DNA of 64,000 nucleotides from a virus (lineage: Duplodnaviria; Caudoviricetes), in IMG/VR virus record IMGVR_UViG_3300031088_000782, positions 192,001-256,000 of that record; one strand, written 5' to 3'. The notes beneath the pieces were generated by a model that saw only the letters and a list, made by a program, of their open reading frames with translations, searched no databases and was not told where the DNA came from. Of this stretch, positions 1 through 10,169 are shown in pieces. Both the position numbers and the translations under genes were made by a program. Positions within the stretch are counted from its first letter, which is position 1. Every line of letters starts with the position of its first letter.

Positions 1-140
1 GCACCTATTACAGCATCAATAGGATCTATCATTCCAACATAATCGACCGTGGATGACTGTGTATGAGTATCAGAAATCGAAACACCACTGATGTTCTGTA
101 AAACATTCTGATACTCAACAACTTCATGTTTAAAATTCAT
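1..140 (-). CDS. Hypothetical protein, runs off the left edge (partial)
   Basis: ATG at 140-138 preceded by GGAGG; open frame MNFKHEVVEYQNVLQ... to the window edge. Confidence 0.4.
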   Translation of the reverse strand, partial: MNFKHEVVEYQNVLQNISGVSISDTHTQSSTVDYVGMIDPIDAVIG

Positions 141-277
141 ACACAACCCTCCCCGAGATTATGACTTCTATAATTCAATATCTTCTGTATCTGACAATTC
201 TTCAAAAATTTCTTTACTTAATCTTAACAGAACAATTCAATTAAGTCAAATAAGAGAAAATAATAAATCAATAATCG

Positions 278-1603
278 TCAGTTAGTGTTGAACATAGCTC
301 TCAGCTTAGAAAAAGGCCTTGATGAAACATACTTCTGAGACACGGATTCTGGCTCATCATCAAAATTTTCGGTATCGTTCAAAAGCACATTCAAAGCAAC
401 AACAAAATCAATTTCTTTATCTTCATTAATTTGACGAATGTTTTCAAGAATTTGCTCATTTAAAGCATCAACAGCTGCCTCAACTCGTCTGGTTCTTTTA
501 TCTGCCTTATTCCAGAAGGAGGGATTCTTAGAAATGTTCATATAATAATCAGTTCCGAGCAAGGAGTTCAATTTGTTCAAACGGTCAGTATACTCAACTT
601 CAACAGAAATTCGCCTACTTTCAGAAACATCTTTTGTTTTGATGATCCGTGCCAATTCATTCATGTTCACATAAACTTCATTAATCTTTCTCTCCAAAGA
701 CTTACTTCCGTCCAATTCTGAATGATGAAGTTTTATCATATTGTTTAAATCATACACAGCATTGATTAAACCTTCTGAATAATTTTGGAAAGTTTTCTTA
801 ATCGTTTTCTTTTCTTTCTTTTCGCGCAGCTTCTCAGATTTATTGCGTTTCCTGATAATATAAACAGTTGTTGTGGCACCTGCACCAAGGAGAACTATGA
901 TTCCAATAACTTTCCCAACAGCTTCCATATCTTTACCAAATTTAGCATTTTGCGCATCAATCTCTGCATGAATAACGTTGTCATAAGAAGAAATTAATTT
1001 ATCACTGTTAGAAATTAAGCTCCATCCAGCATCATCAACTGGGGTTTGTCCGAGAATATTATTGAATTCTTTTTCAACTTCACCCTGATCGCTTGAAACA
1101 GAAAAAGCATCTTGTTTTCCATCAGAAACAACAATAATAGTATCATATTGGTCACCTACGCCATCTTTGATAGCTTGAGTGATTTCATCAACGTTTTTGT
1201 TTTTCAGTGCAGATTCGGGAATGACAGTAATTCCGATGTCAGTATTAGAAAATTTTTGCGCTATTGTTTTACCCTCAGACAGAGACGTTCCTTTTTGTTT
1301 AAAAACCGTGTAATCGGATAGTCCAACAATAGAATCTTCGATAATGTTGCTATCTGTTTTTTGAGCAGAAACATTTTTTGCTTTTACATCAGATTTATTT
1401 TTCTCTTGCTTGTATTCAGTAGAGGCAGAATAGGAAACCGAATTCTCTTCAGCTTTATTTGCGAGTGCAGAATATCCCAAAAGTCCACCGAGCGTCAAAC
1501 TCAAAGTAATTCCAAGTGAAACAACAAGCTCTAACAATGTATATCCTGAATCATTTTTTGATAATTTTATTTTAAAAACAAACTTCTTGAACTTCTCCCT
1601 CAT
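278..1603 (-). CDS. Membrane protein with type IV prepilin-like N-terminus, extracellular domain, second TM helix and cytoplasmic tail
   Basis: Basic leader then KNDSG|YTLLELVVSLGITLSLTLGGLLGY (class III signal, Glu+5); second hydrophobic segment VIGIIVLLGAGATTTVYII followed by RKRNK; start taken at ATG 1603 (AAAGG RBS). Confidence 0.7.
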   Translation of the reverse strand: MREKFKKFVFKIKLSKNDSGYTLLELVVSLGITLSLTLGGLLGYSALANKAEENSVSYSASTEYKQEKNKSDVKAKNVSAQKTDSNIIEDSIVGLSDYTVFKQKGTSLSEGKTIAQKFSNTDIGITVIPESALKNKNVDEITQAIKDGVGDQYDTIIVVSDGKQDAFSVSSDQGEVEKEFNNILGQTPVDDAGWSLISNSDKLISSYDNVIHAEIDAQNAKFGKDMEAVGKVIGIIVLLGAGATTTVYIIRKRNKSEKLREKKEKKTIKKTFQNYSEGLINAVYDLNNMIKLHHSELDGSKSLERKINEVYVNMNELARIIKTKDVSESRRISVEVEYTDRLNKLNSLLGTDYYMNISKNPSFWNKADKRTRRVEAAVDALNEQILENIRQINEDKEIDFVVALNVLLNDTENFDDEPESVSQKYVSSRPFSKLRAMFNTN

Positions 1604-1717
1604 AACAAGCCTTTCTGAAATATGACACAATTATTTAAAATAATTCTACCAAACAGAAATAACATAGATTCGATATTCAATAATGCACAATAAAATAACT
1701 ACCGCGAATGGAGCAAT

Positions 1718-2287
1718 ATGTCTAATTTCTTACCTCACAACGAAGAAAATGCAAGAGCCTTAGAGGAAAAACTTAGCGAATCAATGTTCAGAAGTGTTAA
1801 AGATTTCGTTCAATTCTACAACTCTGGACTAATCAACAAAAGTTTCGATCTTGTCAAAGAAACAGCAAAAGAAATTACCGAAACTTTCAAAAATGTCAAA
1901 GAGAAAAGCGGTCAGCTTGTTCTCATTTCACAAGAAGAAGTTTTCTTAGAGGAAATTCTCGAAACTTTGAAGCCGTGGGAAGGTATTGTCAAAGCAAAAA
2001 GAGAAATCGAGTCAAGCGTCAAAGAGGGGAAGATTAACGAAAATACAATACTTGTTTTAGATGCTAACAAGTTCATTTTCGAAGCCATAAATAATGAAGG
2101 CGAAAGATTCAGTCTCAATGGAGAAAAATTATTCAACAAATCTGATAACATTGACACACTTTTGAAGAAATCATCCTATGGAGATGATTTTAATGAAGAA
2201 TATGATGGATATGTTTTCGCCGCAAAAGATCTGCTTGACATAGACACAAATTTTGTTCAAGCTATCAAAAGCAACCTTCCTCAATGA
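1718..2287 (+). CDS. Hypothetical protein
   Basis: 189-aa ORF with GGAG RBS; no motif recognised. Confidence 0.7.
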   Translation: MSNFLPHNEENARALEEKLSESMFRSVKDFVQFYNSGLINKSFDLVKETAKEITETFKNVKEKSGQLVLISQEEVFLEEILETLKPWEGIVKAKREIESSVKEGKINENTILVLDANKFIFEAINNEGERFSLNGEKLFNKSDNIDTLLKKSSYGDDFNEEYDGYVFAAKDLLDIDTNFVQAIKSNLPQ

Positions 2288-2307
2288 TAAGTAAAAAATA
2301 ATCAAAT

Positions 2308-2353
2308 AGTATTAAAGCCAACTACAATTAATTCAGTAGTTGGCTTTAATACT
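2308..2353. terminator. Bidirectional terminator-like inverted repeat between convergent genes
   Basis: 18-bp perfect arms agtattaaagccaactac / gtagttggctttaatact, 10-nt loop. Confidence 0.75.
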
Positions 2354-2381
2354 TATAAACCTTTGAAAAAGTTTTTAATTA

Positions 2382-3020
2382 TCAGATCATCACTATTTCT
2401 TGGACCATTCCACCCAAAGCTGTTTTTGTTTCCTCATTAGGCTCCACAAGAACAGAATAAGATGCGCTCTCAAAAAGCGGAGAATCTGACTGTGTATCAC
2501 CAAAGGCGAAGATATCCGCATACCTATTTAGCCCCAGAGTTGTCAAATACTTCCTCTTTGCATCTCCATTGAACATACCTTCAACCTTACCAGTGAAAAA
2601 ACCTTTACTATCAGTAATATAACGACTTCCAGCTGACTTGAATCCATAATGATCAGCAAATTTATCAACAAGATAACTAGGCGAACCGCTGATTAGAACA
2701 ACCTTAACTCCATTATTCTTAAATTCAACAAGACGATCAAGAATGCTATAAAAATTTTCATCATTTGAAACAACTTCAGCAATATATTCATCAACAAGAA
2801 GCTGTTCAGTGTTTTTGCCAATAATCTGTTTCCGGTAATTACTTGCCAGTTCGGTAATCAGATCTTCATTTTTCATATCTGAACGCCACATGTCAGGAAG
2901 ATCACCAAGATCAATAACACCCTTATCATGCAAAGTCGAAGCGTGATTAAGAACCAGAGACTTTTTGACAATAGTTCCATCAACATCACTGACTACAATC
3001 TTACTCATATCCTTTACCAT
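2382..3020 (-). CDS. HAD-IB (SerB-like) phosphatase
   Basis: Motif I DVDGT, motif II LISGSP, motif III/IV K...FGDTQSD. Confidence 0.85.
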   Translation of the reverse strand: MVKDMSKIVVSDVDGTIVKKSLVLNHASTLHDKGVIDLGDLPDMWRSDMKNEDLITELASNYRKQIIGKNTEQLLVDEYIAEVVSNDENFYSILDRLVEFKNNGVKVVLISGSPSYLVDKFADHYGFKSAGSRYITDSKGFFTGKVEGMFNGDAKRKYLTTLGLNRYADIFAFGDTQSDSPLFESASYSVLVEPNEETKTALGGMVQEIVMI

Positions 3021-3069
3021 AACTCAACAACCTTTCAAAATTCTTTCATATATATTTTCAATTACTTAC

Positions 3070-3098
3070 ATAATAGCCTAAAAAATAACGAAAGTCAA
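3070..3098 (-). promoter_or_regulatory. Sigma70-type promoter of the HAD gene
   Basis: On the minus strand TTGACT-17 nt-TATTAT, about 50 nt upstream of the start. Confidence 0.6.
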
Positions 3099-3247
3099 GT
3101 ATTATAAAATGTCGTATAATATACCCAAATTATGCCTATATTATACAGGTCAAAAACTTACACGGTATGTTCTAGCTTGTCGGAGGGGGTTTACGGGCTT
3201 TAAAAATCTTTCTTTAAAGACAAGTCCAAAAGCATTTAAAAACACAA

Positions 3248-3286
3248 GCAGTGGTGCATTATCACAGCATAATAATGCACCACTGC
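3248..3286 (-). terminator. Hairpin downstream of 3305..4588
   Basis: 15-bp arms gcagtggtgcattat / ataatgcaccactgc. Confidence 0.65.
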
Positions 3287-3304
3287 TGAATGATTTAAAA
3301 TTTA

Positions 3305-4588
3305 TCAATATTCGGAATCAAAATCTAAACTTTTAAGAATAGAATCTTCTTCTGACAAATTCTTATCTTTTTCAGGAGTTGGAAAATGTTCTTCTTTCCA
3401 TTCAGCGAAACCAGGTAATTTTTCAGACAAAATAGCATTCCAATCTAATCGTGGAGCATTTCTGATAAGAGTTTCGTCGTTATCCAAAGTCCCATTCTGA
3501 GCTTCTTTCATGAAATATGTCAAAGTTTTTGCAGCTCTTTGTCTTTCTTCTCCGCTTATCTCAGCATAGAACAAATTTTTAGAGTCAGCAGCATATGGCA
3601 AATCAGTTCCATTCCAGTTGGTTGTTCCATTGATAATGATACTATCTGTGTTTCTATGTTCATAAACTGAAAATGTTCGAGTATTCCCATCTGGACTCAT
3701 AACAGTATAAGCATTTCCCCATTCTCTACCATTTTCAAAAGGCGAAACAGACACATTTGAAATGTTTTCTCTATCCATTTCTTTTTTCAATTCATTGTCT
3801 GGAAATGCTGTAGCCAAATATAATTGATTTTCGTTTTCCAAACGATTCATAAACCGATCATGCTTAGGAGTGAAATAATGCTCATCCTCACCATCATATT
3901 CTTCGCCGTTAGCAACCCGATCCAAAGTTTTATCAAAATAATTAATTGCACTGTCACCCATAATTGTTTTTCCACTTGAACCCACCGTTTTATTAAAACT
4001 GTTGAAATTCTCTAATTGAGCTTCGCGCAAGCCTATAATTCTATCATTCACATCTCTTTCTGGAGCAGGATCTGGCTCAGGAATATCCATAATTCTGCGT
4101 TGTTTAATTAGCCCCTTTCCCAACTCTCGAATAGAATCTCCACGCCCCTCATCTTTAATCCACGGCATAGTTTTCTGATGTATAGACGGCTTCATATGTT
4201 TAGAAAGATTCTCTACTTCACACCAATCATCTTCGCTCAATTTCTTTTTATTCACAATAGACGAGATTTTTTCCAAACGATACAAATTTTCCTTGTCAAC
4301 CTCGCTCCAATATTTACGATCATCTTCTTGAATCTTTTTCATTTGATATTGAATCAAATCAAAATCTCGATTGTCATTATTATAAAAGTTTGAATTTTTC
4401 TCAATGAGGGAAACATATTTGTCTGTATCAATATTTTCAGAAGCCAAACTTATTTCAGCACCTTTTATTGCTTCTTCTTTGGTTTCGTAATGTTCTGCAT
4501 CACTCATATTGAAACGACATTTATACATTGCTTTACATTGATTTGCATTGCCTGTTTCAGGGTTAATATGGTATTTTACATCTGACAT
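3305..4588 (-). CDS. HCCH-module protein 1 (shared N-terminal module plus unknown C-terminal domain)
   Basis: N-terminus KYHINPETGNANQCKAMYKCRF...HYETKEEA matches three other ORFs; AAGGAG RBS. Confidence 0.8.
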   Translation of the reverse strand: MSDVKYHINPETGNANQCKAMYKCRFNMSDAEHYETKEEAIKGAEISLASENIDTDKYVSLIEKNSNFYNNDNRDFDLIQYQMKKIQEDDRKYWSEVDKENLYRLEKISSIVNKKKLSEDDWCEVENLSKHMKPSIHQKTMPWIKDEGRGDSIRELGKGLIKQRRIMDIPEPDPAPERDVNDRIIGLREAQLENFNSFNKTVGSSGKTIMGDSAINYFDKTLDRVANGEEYDGEDEHYFTPKHDRFMNRLENENQLYLATAFPDNELKKEMDRENISNVSVSPFENGREWGNAYTVMSPDGNTRTFSVYEHRNTDSIIINGTTNWNGTDLPYAADSKNLFYAEISGEERQRAAKTLTYFMKEAQNGTLDNDETLIRNAPRLDWNAILSEKLPGFAEWKEEHFPTPEKDKNLSEEDSILKSLDFDSEY

Positions 4589-4704
4589 TGAAAACTCCTT
4601 ATTTTACGATTATTAAATGTTTGTAAATATCTTTCATAGCTTTTTCTATCTCAAAAAAAAGTCAAAAAAAGAGAAACGAAAACACATAATTATGAGTGTC
4701 TATA

Positions 4705-4713
4705 TGATATAAT
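4705..4713 (+). promoter_or_regulatory. Extended -10 promoter upstream of ligA
   Basis: TGATATAAT (TGn+TATAAT) about 40 nt before the ATG. Confidence 0.55.
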
Positions 4714-4755
4714 AATATTGAGAAAACATTCGTAAAAACAAGACAGAAGGCGAGT

Positions 4756-6849
4756 ATGTTTATGACTGTAAGAGATGATTATCTTCAAAAAATCGAACAA
4801 ATAAAGAAGTTTTCAGAACACTATTATCATAAGAATGAAAGCCTAATTTCGGATCAAACATATGACCTTCTTGTTGAAGAAACCGCAAGAGCAGGGGAAG
4901 AAAACGGATGGACAGAGCATCTTCCTCTTGTTAAAGAAGTTGCCGCTGGGACAATAGATTACGAAGCTGACATTGAACACAAAACACGAATGTTATCTCT
5001 CAACAAAGTGAATTCAGAAGAAGAGCTGGAAAAGTTCATTACAAAACTTAATCCTGACGATGATAACAATTTCTTTATTATCGAACCTAAACTTGACGGA
5101 TTGGCTTTTCGTGTCTTTTACAACAAAGGAAAAAGAGAGTTAGTATCCTCTCGCGGCGATTCTTATTATGGGAAAAATCTCACTCTACGTGCCAACGAAT
5201 TAAATATCGAGGGACTTCCCAAAACTATTTCAAGCACACAAAAATTCGAAGTCAGAGGGGAACTGTTTATCACCAACGAAAACTATGCAAAAGTTCAACA
5301 ATTTAGAACTGCACGTTGGGCTAAGTACGAAACTGAAAAGAAGAAAGCGAAAGCAGAAAAGCGTAGATCGTCAATGACAGCACCTTCTAAACCTTTCTCA
5401 TTACAAAGGTCAGCTGTGTCAGGATCAATCAATGCAAAACCGGGAACCGACACAACCGAAATCATTCTCAGTTTCGCCGCTTATGATGTTCTCTTTGACA
5501 ATGAATCAAAACAGCCCGATACATATATTGAAGTATTGGATTTCGCCAAAGAAAACGGTATCTTAACAGCATTGTCGCTGATGACGGAAATTGATTCAAA
5601 TTTGAACACACTTGAACAAATTGAAGAATTCGGAAAGTTAAGAAATTTTCTACCTTATCCTACTGATGGATCTGTTGTGAAAGCAAATTATACAGAAACA
5701 AGAAAACTCTTAGGTGCCGGAGAAAAGCATCCGAATTGGGCAGTAGCCTACAAGTACGAAGAAGAGGTAAAACCGGCTGTAATGGCCCGTATTGAACGTT
5801 CTGTGGGCAAATCAGGTGCAATCTCCTATGTCGGAATATTTGAAAAACCTGTAGAACTTTCAGGATCGCAAGTCAGTCGAGCAACATTAAACAACGCAGA
5901 CATGATAAAAACTCTTGATGTAAGAATTGGAGATACTGTCATGGTTCGAAAAGCAAACGGTATTATCCCAGAAGTGCTTGCCGTGAGAATCGCTGATCGA
6001 GAAAAGAAAAATGTTGGAGAACCTTACGAGGCACCCACGACATGTCCACAATGCTCTGAAGATTTGGATACACAATCATCAATCATCTGGAGATGCCACA
6101 ATCCAAATTGCTCAAAACTTGAAACAATCATTTACGCAATCAGTAAAAAGAATCTAGACATACAAGGTTTAGGTCGATCCACTGTTGAAACACTTGTTGA
6201 ACAAGAAAAAATTAGTGACGTAGCAGACCTGTTTTCGATGACTCAACAAGATTGGGAAAATTTGATCATTCGATACAGCGAAGCAGGAAAGCCTGTCTAT
6301 TACGGAAAAACAAAAACAGTTACAACACTAAAAAGCTTAGCCAAAGCCCTTGAAGCACCATTAGAAAAAATTATCTCATCCCTGAACATTCGATTTGCAG
6401 GAAGCACATTCGGAAGAAGATTCGCTAAACATTACAAAAGTTTCGACAAGTTTGTCAGCACCAATATTTCTGAACTCACTCAAATCGAAGGAGTCAAAGA
6501 CAAAGCACAAATTATTATTGAAGAATTATCAAAGAAAAAAGACCTTGTTGATAAATACAGAAAAGTTGGTTTTGTCAATCTTGAAATAGAAGAAACATCT
6601 CAAAATGATTCTCAAACTATTTTCGACAATGAGAATATTGTGATCACAGGTGCTGTACCAGGATATTCACGAGATGAGATAAAGAGCCTTATTGTTAATT
6701 TTGGTGGTAAATCAGGCGGAAGTGTTTCAAGTAAGACAACGCTATTAGTAGCACCTGAAAATGAAAGAGAAACAACTAAAGCCAAAAAAGCAAAAGAATT
6801 AGGAATAAAAATAATTACGCCAGAAGAATTTTTAGACAAAATTCAATAA
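4756..6849 (+). CDS. ligA: NAD-dependent DNA ligase
   Basis: EPKLDG adenylation motif, EVRGE, DGSVVK, AVAYKY, OB domain, C4 zinc finger (CPQC...CHNPNC), HhH region, C-terminal BRCT. Confidence 0.95.
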   Translation: MFMTVRDDYLQKIEQIKKFSEHYYHKNESLISDQTYDLLVEETARAGEENGWTEHLPLVKEVAAGTIDYEADIEHKTRMLSLNKVNSEEELEKFITKLNPDDDNNFFIIEPKLDGLAFRVFYNKGKRELVSSRGDSYYGKNLTLRANELNIEGLPKTISSTQKFEVRGELFITNENYAKVQQFRTARWAKYETEKKKAKAEKRRSSMTAPSKPFSLQRSAVSGSINAKPGTDTTEIILSFAAYDVLFDNESKQPDTYIEVLDFAKENGILTALSLMTEIDSNLNTLEQIEEFGKLRNFLPYPTDGSVVKANYTETRKLLGAGEKHPNWAVAYKYEEEVKPAVMARIERSVGKSGAISYVGIFEKPVELSGSQVSRATLNNADMIKTLDVRIGDTVMVRKANGIIPEVLAVRIADREKKNVGEPYEAPTTCPQCSEDLDTQSSIIWRCHNPNCSKLETIIYAISKKNLDIQGLGRSTVETLVEQEKISDVADLFSMTQQDWENLIIRYSEAGKPVYYGKTKTVTTLKSLAKALEAPLEKIISSLNIRFAGSTFGRRFAKHYKSFDKFVSTNISELTQIEGVKDKAQIIIEELSKKKDLVDKYRKVGFVNLEIEETSQNDSQTIFDNENIVITGAVPGYSRDEIKSLIVNFGGKSGGSVSSKTTLLVAPENERETTKAKKAKELGIKIITPEEFLDKIQ

Positions 6850-6906
6850 ATTATTTAGAAAAGTTATATAACTTAGGTGTTTTTTATATAATTGGAGAGC
6901 GCTATT

Positions 6907-7963
6907 ATGGCTAAATTTCATGTTAACCCTGAAAGCGGAGAGCCGGGAGACTGCGCCGCTAATAAAGGCAAATGTCCATTCGGAGGAGAAAATGGATTAT
7001 CAAATCATTTTGAAACACATGAAGAAGCAGAAGCAGCTGGGCAAAAAATTTTACAGACTAAATATAGAAAAATAAATTCATTCAAGAAAGAACAAATTTA
7101 TCATCAATTGACAATAAATGATTTAAAAACTAATCAATGGTTTCAACTGCTCCCCAGAAAAAACGCTGAACAAGTTTTCAACATGCTCAAAGCCAACACA
7201 AATGAACAAGATGCAAATTTCATTCGATCAACAGCAGGCATAAAAAACAGTGATGCAAGAACACTTCGAGGAATAATTCAACAATGACTCAAAGAAAGAA
7301 TTCAAGAAAATCCTGCCGAATGGAAAGAAGGGCAAAAAATAGCAAGCAATCTTACAGGAGCAGAAAATAACCCTAAAAGAAAAGCCTACATTGAATCCAT
7401 CAACAACAAACACTTTGAGAAAAACGATATGGGCGGATCCAAATTCACTGACCATAGACTCACAAAAGCAGAAGATGCAATATCTCTTGCCATAGCACAA
7501 AGAGGCGGGTTGAAAGGTGATGACAGAAACAAACTTATCACTTCCGGAGCCGATCCTAATGCATTCTTACCACCAGAGTCAGGAGTAAGATATATTCAAA
7601 TTGAGGCAAAAGGAATCGAAGCCACAAAAAGCACAGCTGACATGAAAGATGATGAAATTCTTACAGTGCAAGCTAAAGACCCAAACGATCCAGAATCAAG
7701 CTTAAGCTTTGTAGCAACAGTAAAAGAACAACCAAAAACAAATGTAGGAACAATCATCATCGGGCCAAAAGAAGATGCCAATGGAGAATTGATCAAAGGA
7801 ACAGAAACACTCTGGACAATGCATCCCGGATCACCTACTCGAGGAATACGATCCAATGACATCCGAGAAAAAAGGACTTAATGATGGATCAACAATCACC
7901 GTTAAAGAACTTCGAGAAAAATTTGGAAAAGACATTAAAGCAAACACAAAAATAATTGAATAA
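6907..7963 (+). pseudogene. HCCH-module protein 2, interrupted by an in-frame TGA and a +1 frameshift
   Basis: ORFs 6892..7287 and 7429..7881 share one frame separated only by TGA 7285-7287; removing one A from the A6 run near 7868-7873 extends the protein to ...IREKGLNDGSTITVKELREKFGKDIKANTKIIE* ending at 7963. Confidence 0.7.
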
Positions 7964-8004
7964 AATATTGAAAGAAATATACAATTATTAACTTAAAAAC
8001 AATA

Positions 8005-8063
8005 ACCAATAGTTGCGAAACATTAAATTTATTAATTATTTTAAAAATTTCGCAACTATTGGT
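8005..8063. terminator. Inverted repeat between convergent genes
   Basis: 16-bp arms accaatagttgcgaaa / tttcgcaactattggt, 27-nt AT-rich loop. Confidence 0.6.
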
Positions 8064-8075
8064 TTTTAATGTAAT

Positions 8076-9971
8076 TTATGCCCTATACACAAAAATTCTA
8101 TTACCAGCAGTATAAATAGGTAAGAACCCATTATCTAACATTATCTCTCTATTATTCATTTTAGTTCTGTCGAAATCATTACCAAAATCAAGACCTAATA
8201 ATCTATCTGCACCAACCTTGACAACAGAAGAATTAGAATACTTCTTTTTTGTCTTCAAATTATAATGAACCAAAATCGGGCCATTCGATTTCATTTCATA
8301 AAAACCCAAAGAATTCAAGAATATATTTTTCTTAGTAGTATGATTGAAGTCAACATAACTTACAACAGAAGAAGGTTTTGCATCTTTTAAAAATAATTGA
8401 AAAAGCTTTCCCGAAGCCCCATGAATGATATAATCATCACGAACAGCATATCTAATAAACTCATATTCATATTTGCTATCAAAACGAGATTTGCCGAAAG
8501 TAGCAACAGACATCAGTTGATCATCTTGATAAAGCCCATAACAATAAATCTGTTTTTTAGCAACACCCTGAATATGAAACCTATGCAAGAAAATGTTAGC
8601 AGTCTCCTGATCGATTCTTCGACATGTCAATTTTCGAGCAGAAAGTTTAACAACATTCTTATTTGTTTTCATATTAATCATTTTAAGAATAGCATCCTCA
8701 GTATCCCAATCATAAACCTGAATCAAAGAAACATCATTATTGTGTGCTGCCATAGCTCTTTGATAGTGGTAGTATTTCGTTGGCTTTCTGTGCTTAGAGC
8801 AATTAACTATTTTGCAATTTGAAATAATACATCCAAATGACTTGACAATATTGTGAGAAATAGTAGGATTAATGTCAATTAACAAGCTACGATCATTAAT
8901 ATTTAGATCAAACTGAAATTTACCAACAGGATATTCAAAATCTATATTATATACATCATTACAGGACTCTTTTATTAGTTGAGCAAAAGCTTTGTTTAAA
9001 TTAGAGACTTTTCTGCTTTTTTGGTTTTTCCCATTTTTTAAATTTTCAGAAAATGTTTTTTGAGCCTTAGCAACAATGTCTGAATTCAGCATAACGTTTT
9101 CAAAACCATATTTTTCAATATTTGTCTTGATTCTCTTTTCTTTAACAATGTCTGATTGATTAGGATATTCAACGCCATACTTTTCCATGACAGTTTCCAT
9201 AATCTTTTTCTTAATAATTTTAGAGCCAAAAGGATTTTTTGATCCATACTTCTCCAAATTTGTATCATCTGCGCGTTTTCTGATTTCGGGATCTTGAATA
9301 GCGTATTTAACCCCATATTTTTCAAGATTAGTTCTAACGGTCTTTTCTTTGAATTCATCAAGCATCATAGGATGTTCAACACCATACTTGTCAATATTAG
9401 CTTTAATAATCTTCTGTTTTAATTCATCAGTTGATTGAGGATTCTCTACCCCATAATTTTTTAAACTTGTCTGCTTTCTCTTTTCTTGTGCATTTTTTCC
9501 ATTAATAATTTTAGATGCACAATCACTGCTACAATATTTTCTTTTAGACAAAGGATCTGGAAAATCAAATTTATTTCCGCATTCTAAGCATTCTTTTTGG
9601 TGGATATTTGTGCAGTATTTTTGAGTTGCTGAAGTTGGAATAAATCTTGTTTCGCACAATTCGCAAACTCTTTCCTCTGCTGATTCAGAAAAAGACTTAT
9701 TTCTTAATTCCTGTTCACACTTTAATGAGCAAGTTTTTGAAACCTTATAGAATTCTTTATTGCAAATAACACAATTACGCTTTTTCTTTTGAGAGGCACC
9801 ACGACATTTAGTAGAACAAAATACTTTATCAACCTTCATAGTTGATTTTAATTCAAATTCATTATCACAAACTAAACAATTTTTAAAATGTTTTTTAGCA
9901 CAACGCTTTTTTCTTCGTTTATCAGGTGTAAAAAGATCATTACATACTTCACAACAAATCTGATATTCCAT
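8076..9971 (-). CDS. Homing-endonuclease-like protein: Cys-rich zinc ribbons, KYG repeats, Vsr/PD-(D/E)XK-like nuclease, C-terminal GNAT-like domain
   Basis: Multiple CxxC...CSxxC units; six (E/D/K)-K/N-YG repeats; FEYPVGKFQFDL...LIDINP; C-terminal YEFIRYAV...GASGKLF...SYVD...LGF. Confidence 0.75.
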   Translation of the reverse strand: MEYQICCEVCNDLFTPDKRRKKRCAKKHFKNCLVCDNEFELKSTMKVDKVFCSTKCRGASQKKKRNCVICNKEFYKVSKTCSLKCEQELRNKSFSESAEERVCELCETRFIPTSATQKYCTNIHQKECLECGNKFDFPDPLSKRKYCSSDCASKIINGKNAQEKRKQTSLKNYGVENPQSTDELKQKIIKANIDKYGVEHPMMLDEFKEKTVRTNLEKYGVKYAIQDPEIRKRADDTNLEKYGSKNPFGSKIIKKKIMETVMEKYGVEYPNQSDIVKEKRIKTNIEKYGFENVMLNSDIVAKAQKTFSENLKNGKNQKSRKVSNLNKAFAQLIKESCNDVYNIDFEYPVGKFQFDLNINDRSLLIDINPTISHNIVKSFGCIISNCKIVNCSKHRKPTKYYHYQRAMAAHNNDVSLIQVYDWDTEDAILKMINMKTNKNVVKLSARKLTCRRIDQETANIFLHRFHIQGVAKKQIYCYGLYQDDQLMSVATFGKSRFDSKYEYEFIRYAVRDDYIIHGASGKLFQLFLKDAKPSSVVSYVDFNHTTKKNIFLNSLGFYEMKSNGPILVHYNLKTKKKYSNSSVVKVGADRLLGLDFGNDFDRTKMNNREIMLDNGFLPIYTAGNRIFVYRA

Positions 9972-10049
9972 AATGAATCCTAACTAACTTATTTATATAT
10001 TGTTTACTACTATTATTATAACAATTTTAAAGGAAAGAAAGCATTAATT

Positions 10050-10169
10050 ATGAAAATAAAATCAATAAAAGAAATTGCTCCTGAACCTGCAAGATGTATT
10101 GAAGTCGATTCACCTGACCGACTTTTTGCTGCCGGAGGAGAATTTGGGAATGCTTTCGTAACTCACAAT
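10050..10169 (+). mobile_element. Intein C-fragment (blocks F and G), class-3 type
   Basis: Block F Cys (ARCIEV), block G Thr-His-Asn, +1 Ser; own ATG and AAGGAAAG RBS. Confidence 0.85.

Noticed and set aside
7285-7287. Element-wide TGA=Trp recoding (genetic code 4/25)
   Set aside because: Only one internal TGA was found; long Trp-rich genes use TGG throughout, and many genes end cleanly at TGA, often TGA-TAA
4756-9971. N-terminal half of the split FtsK/intein gene upstream of 10050
   Set aside because: No listed ORF here or elsewhere in the window ends with Walker A plus intein blocks A/B
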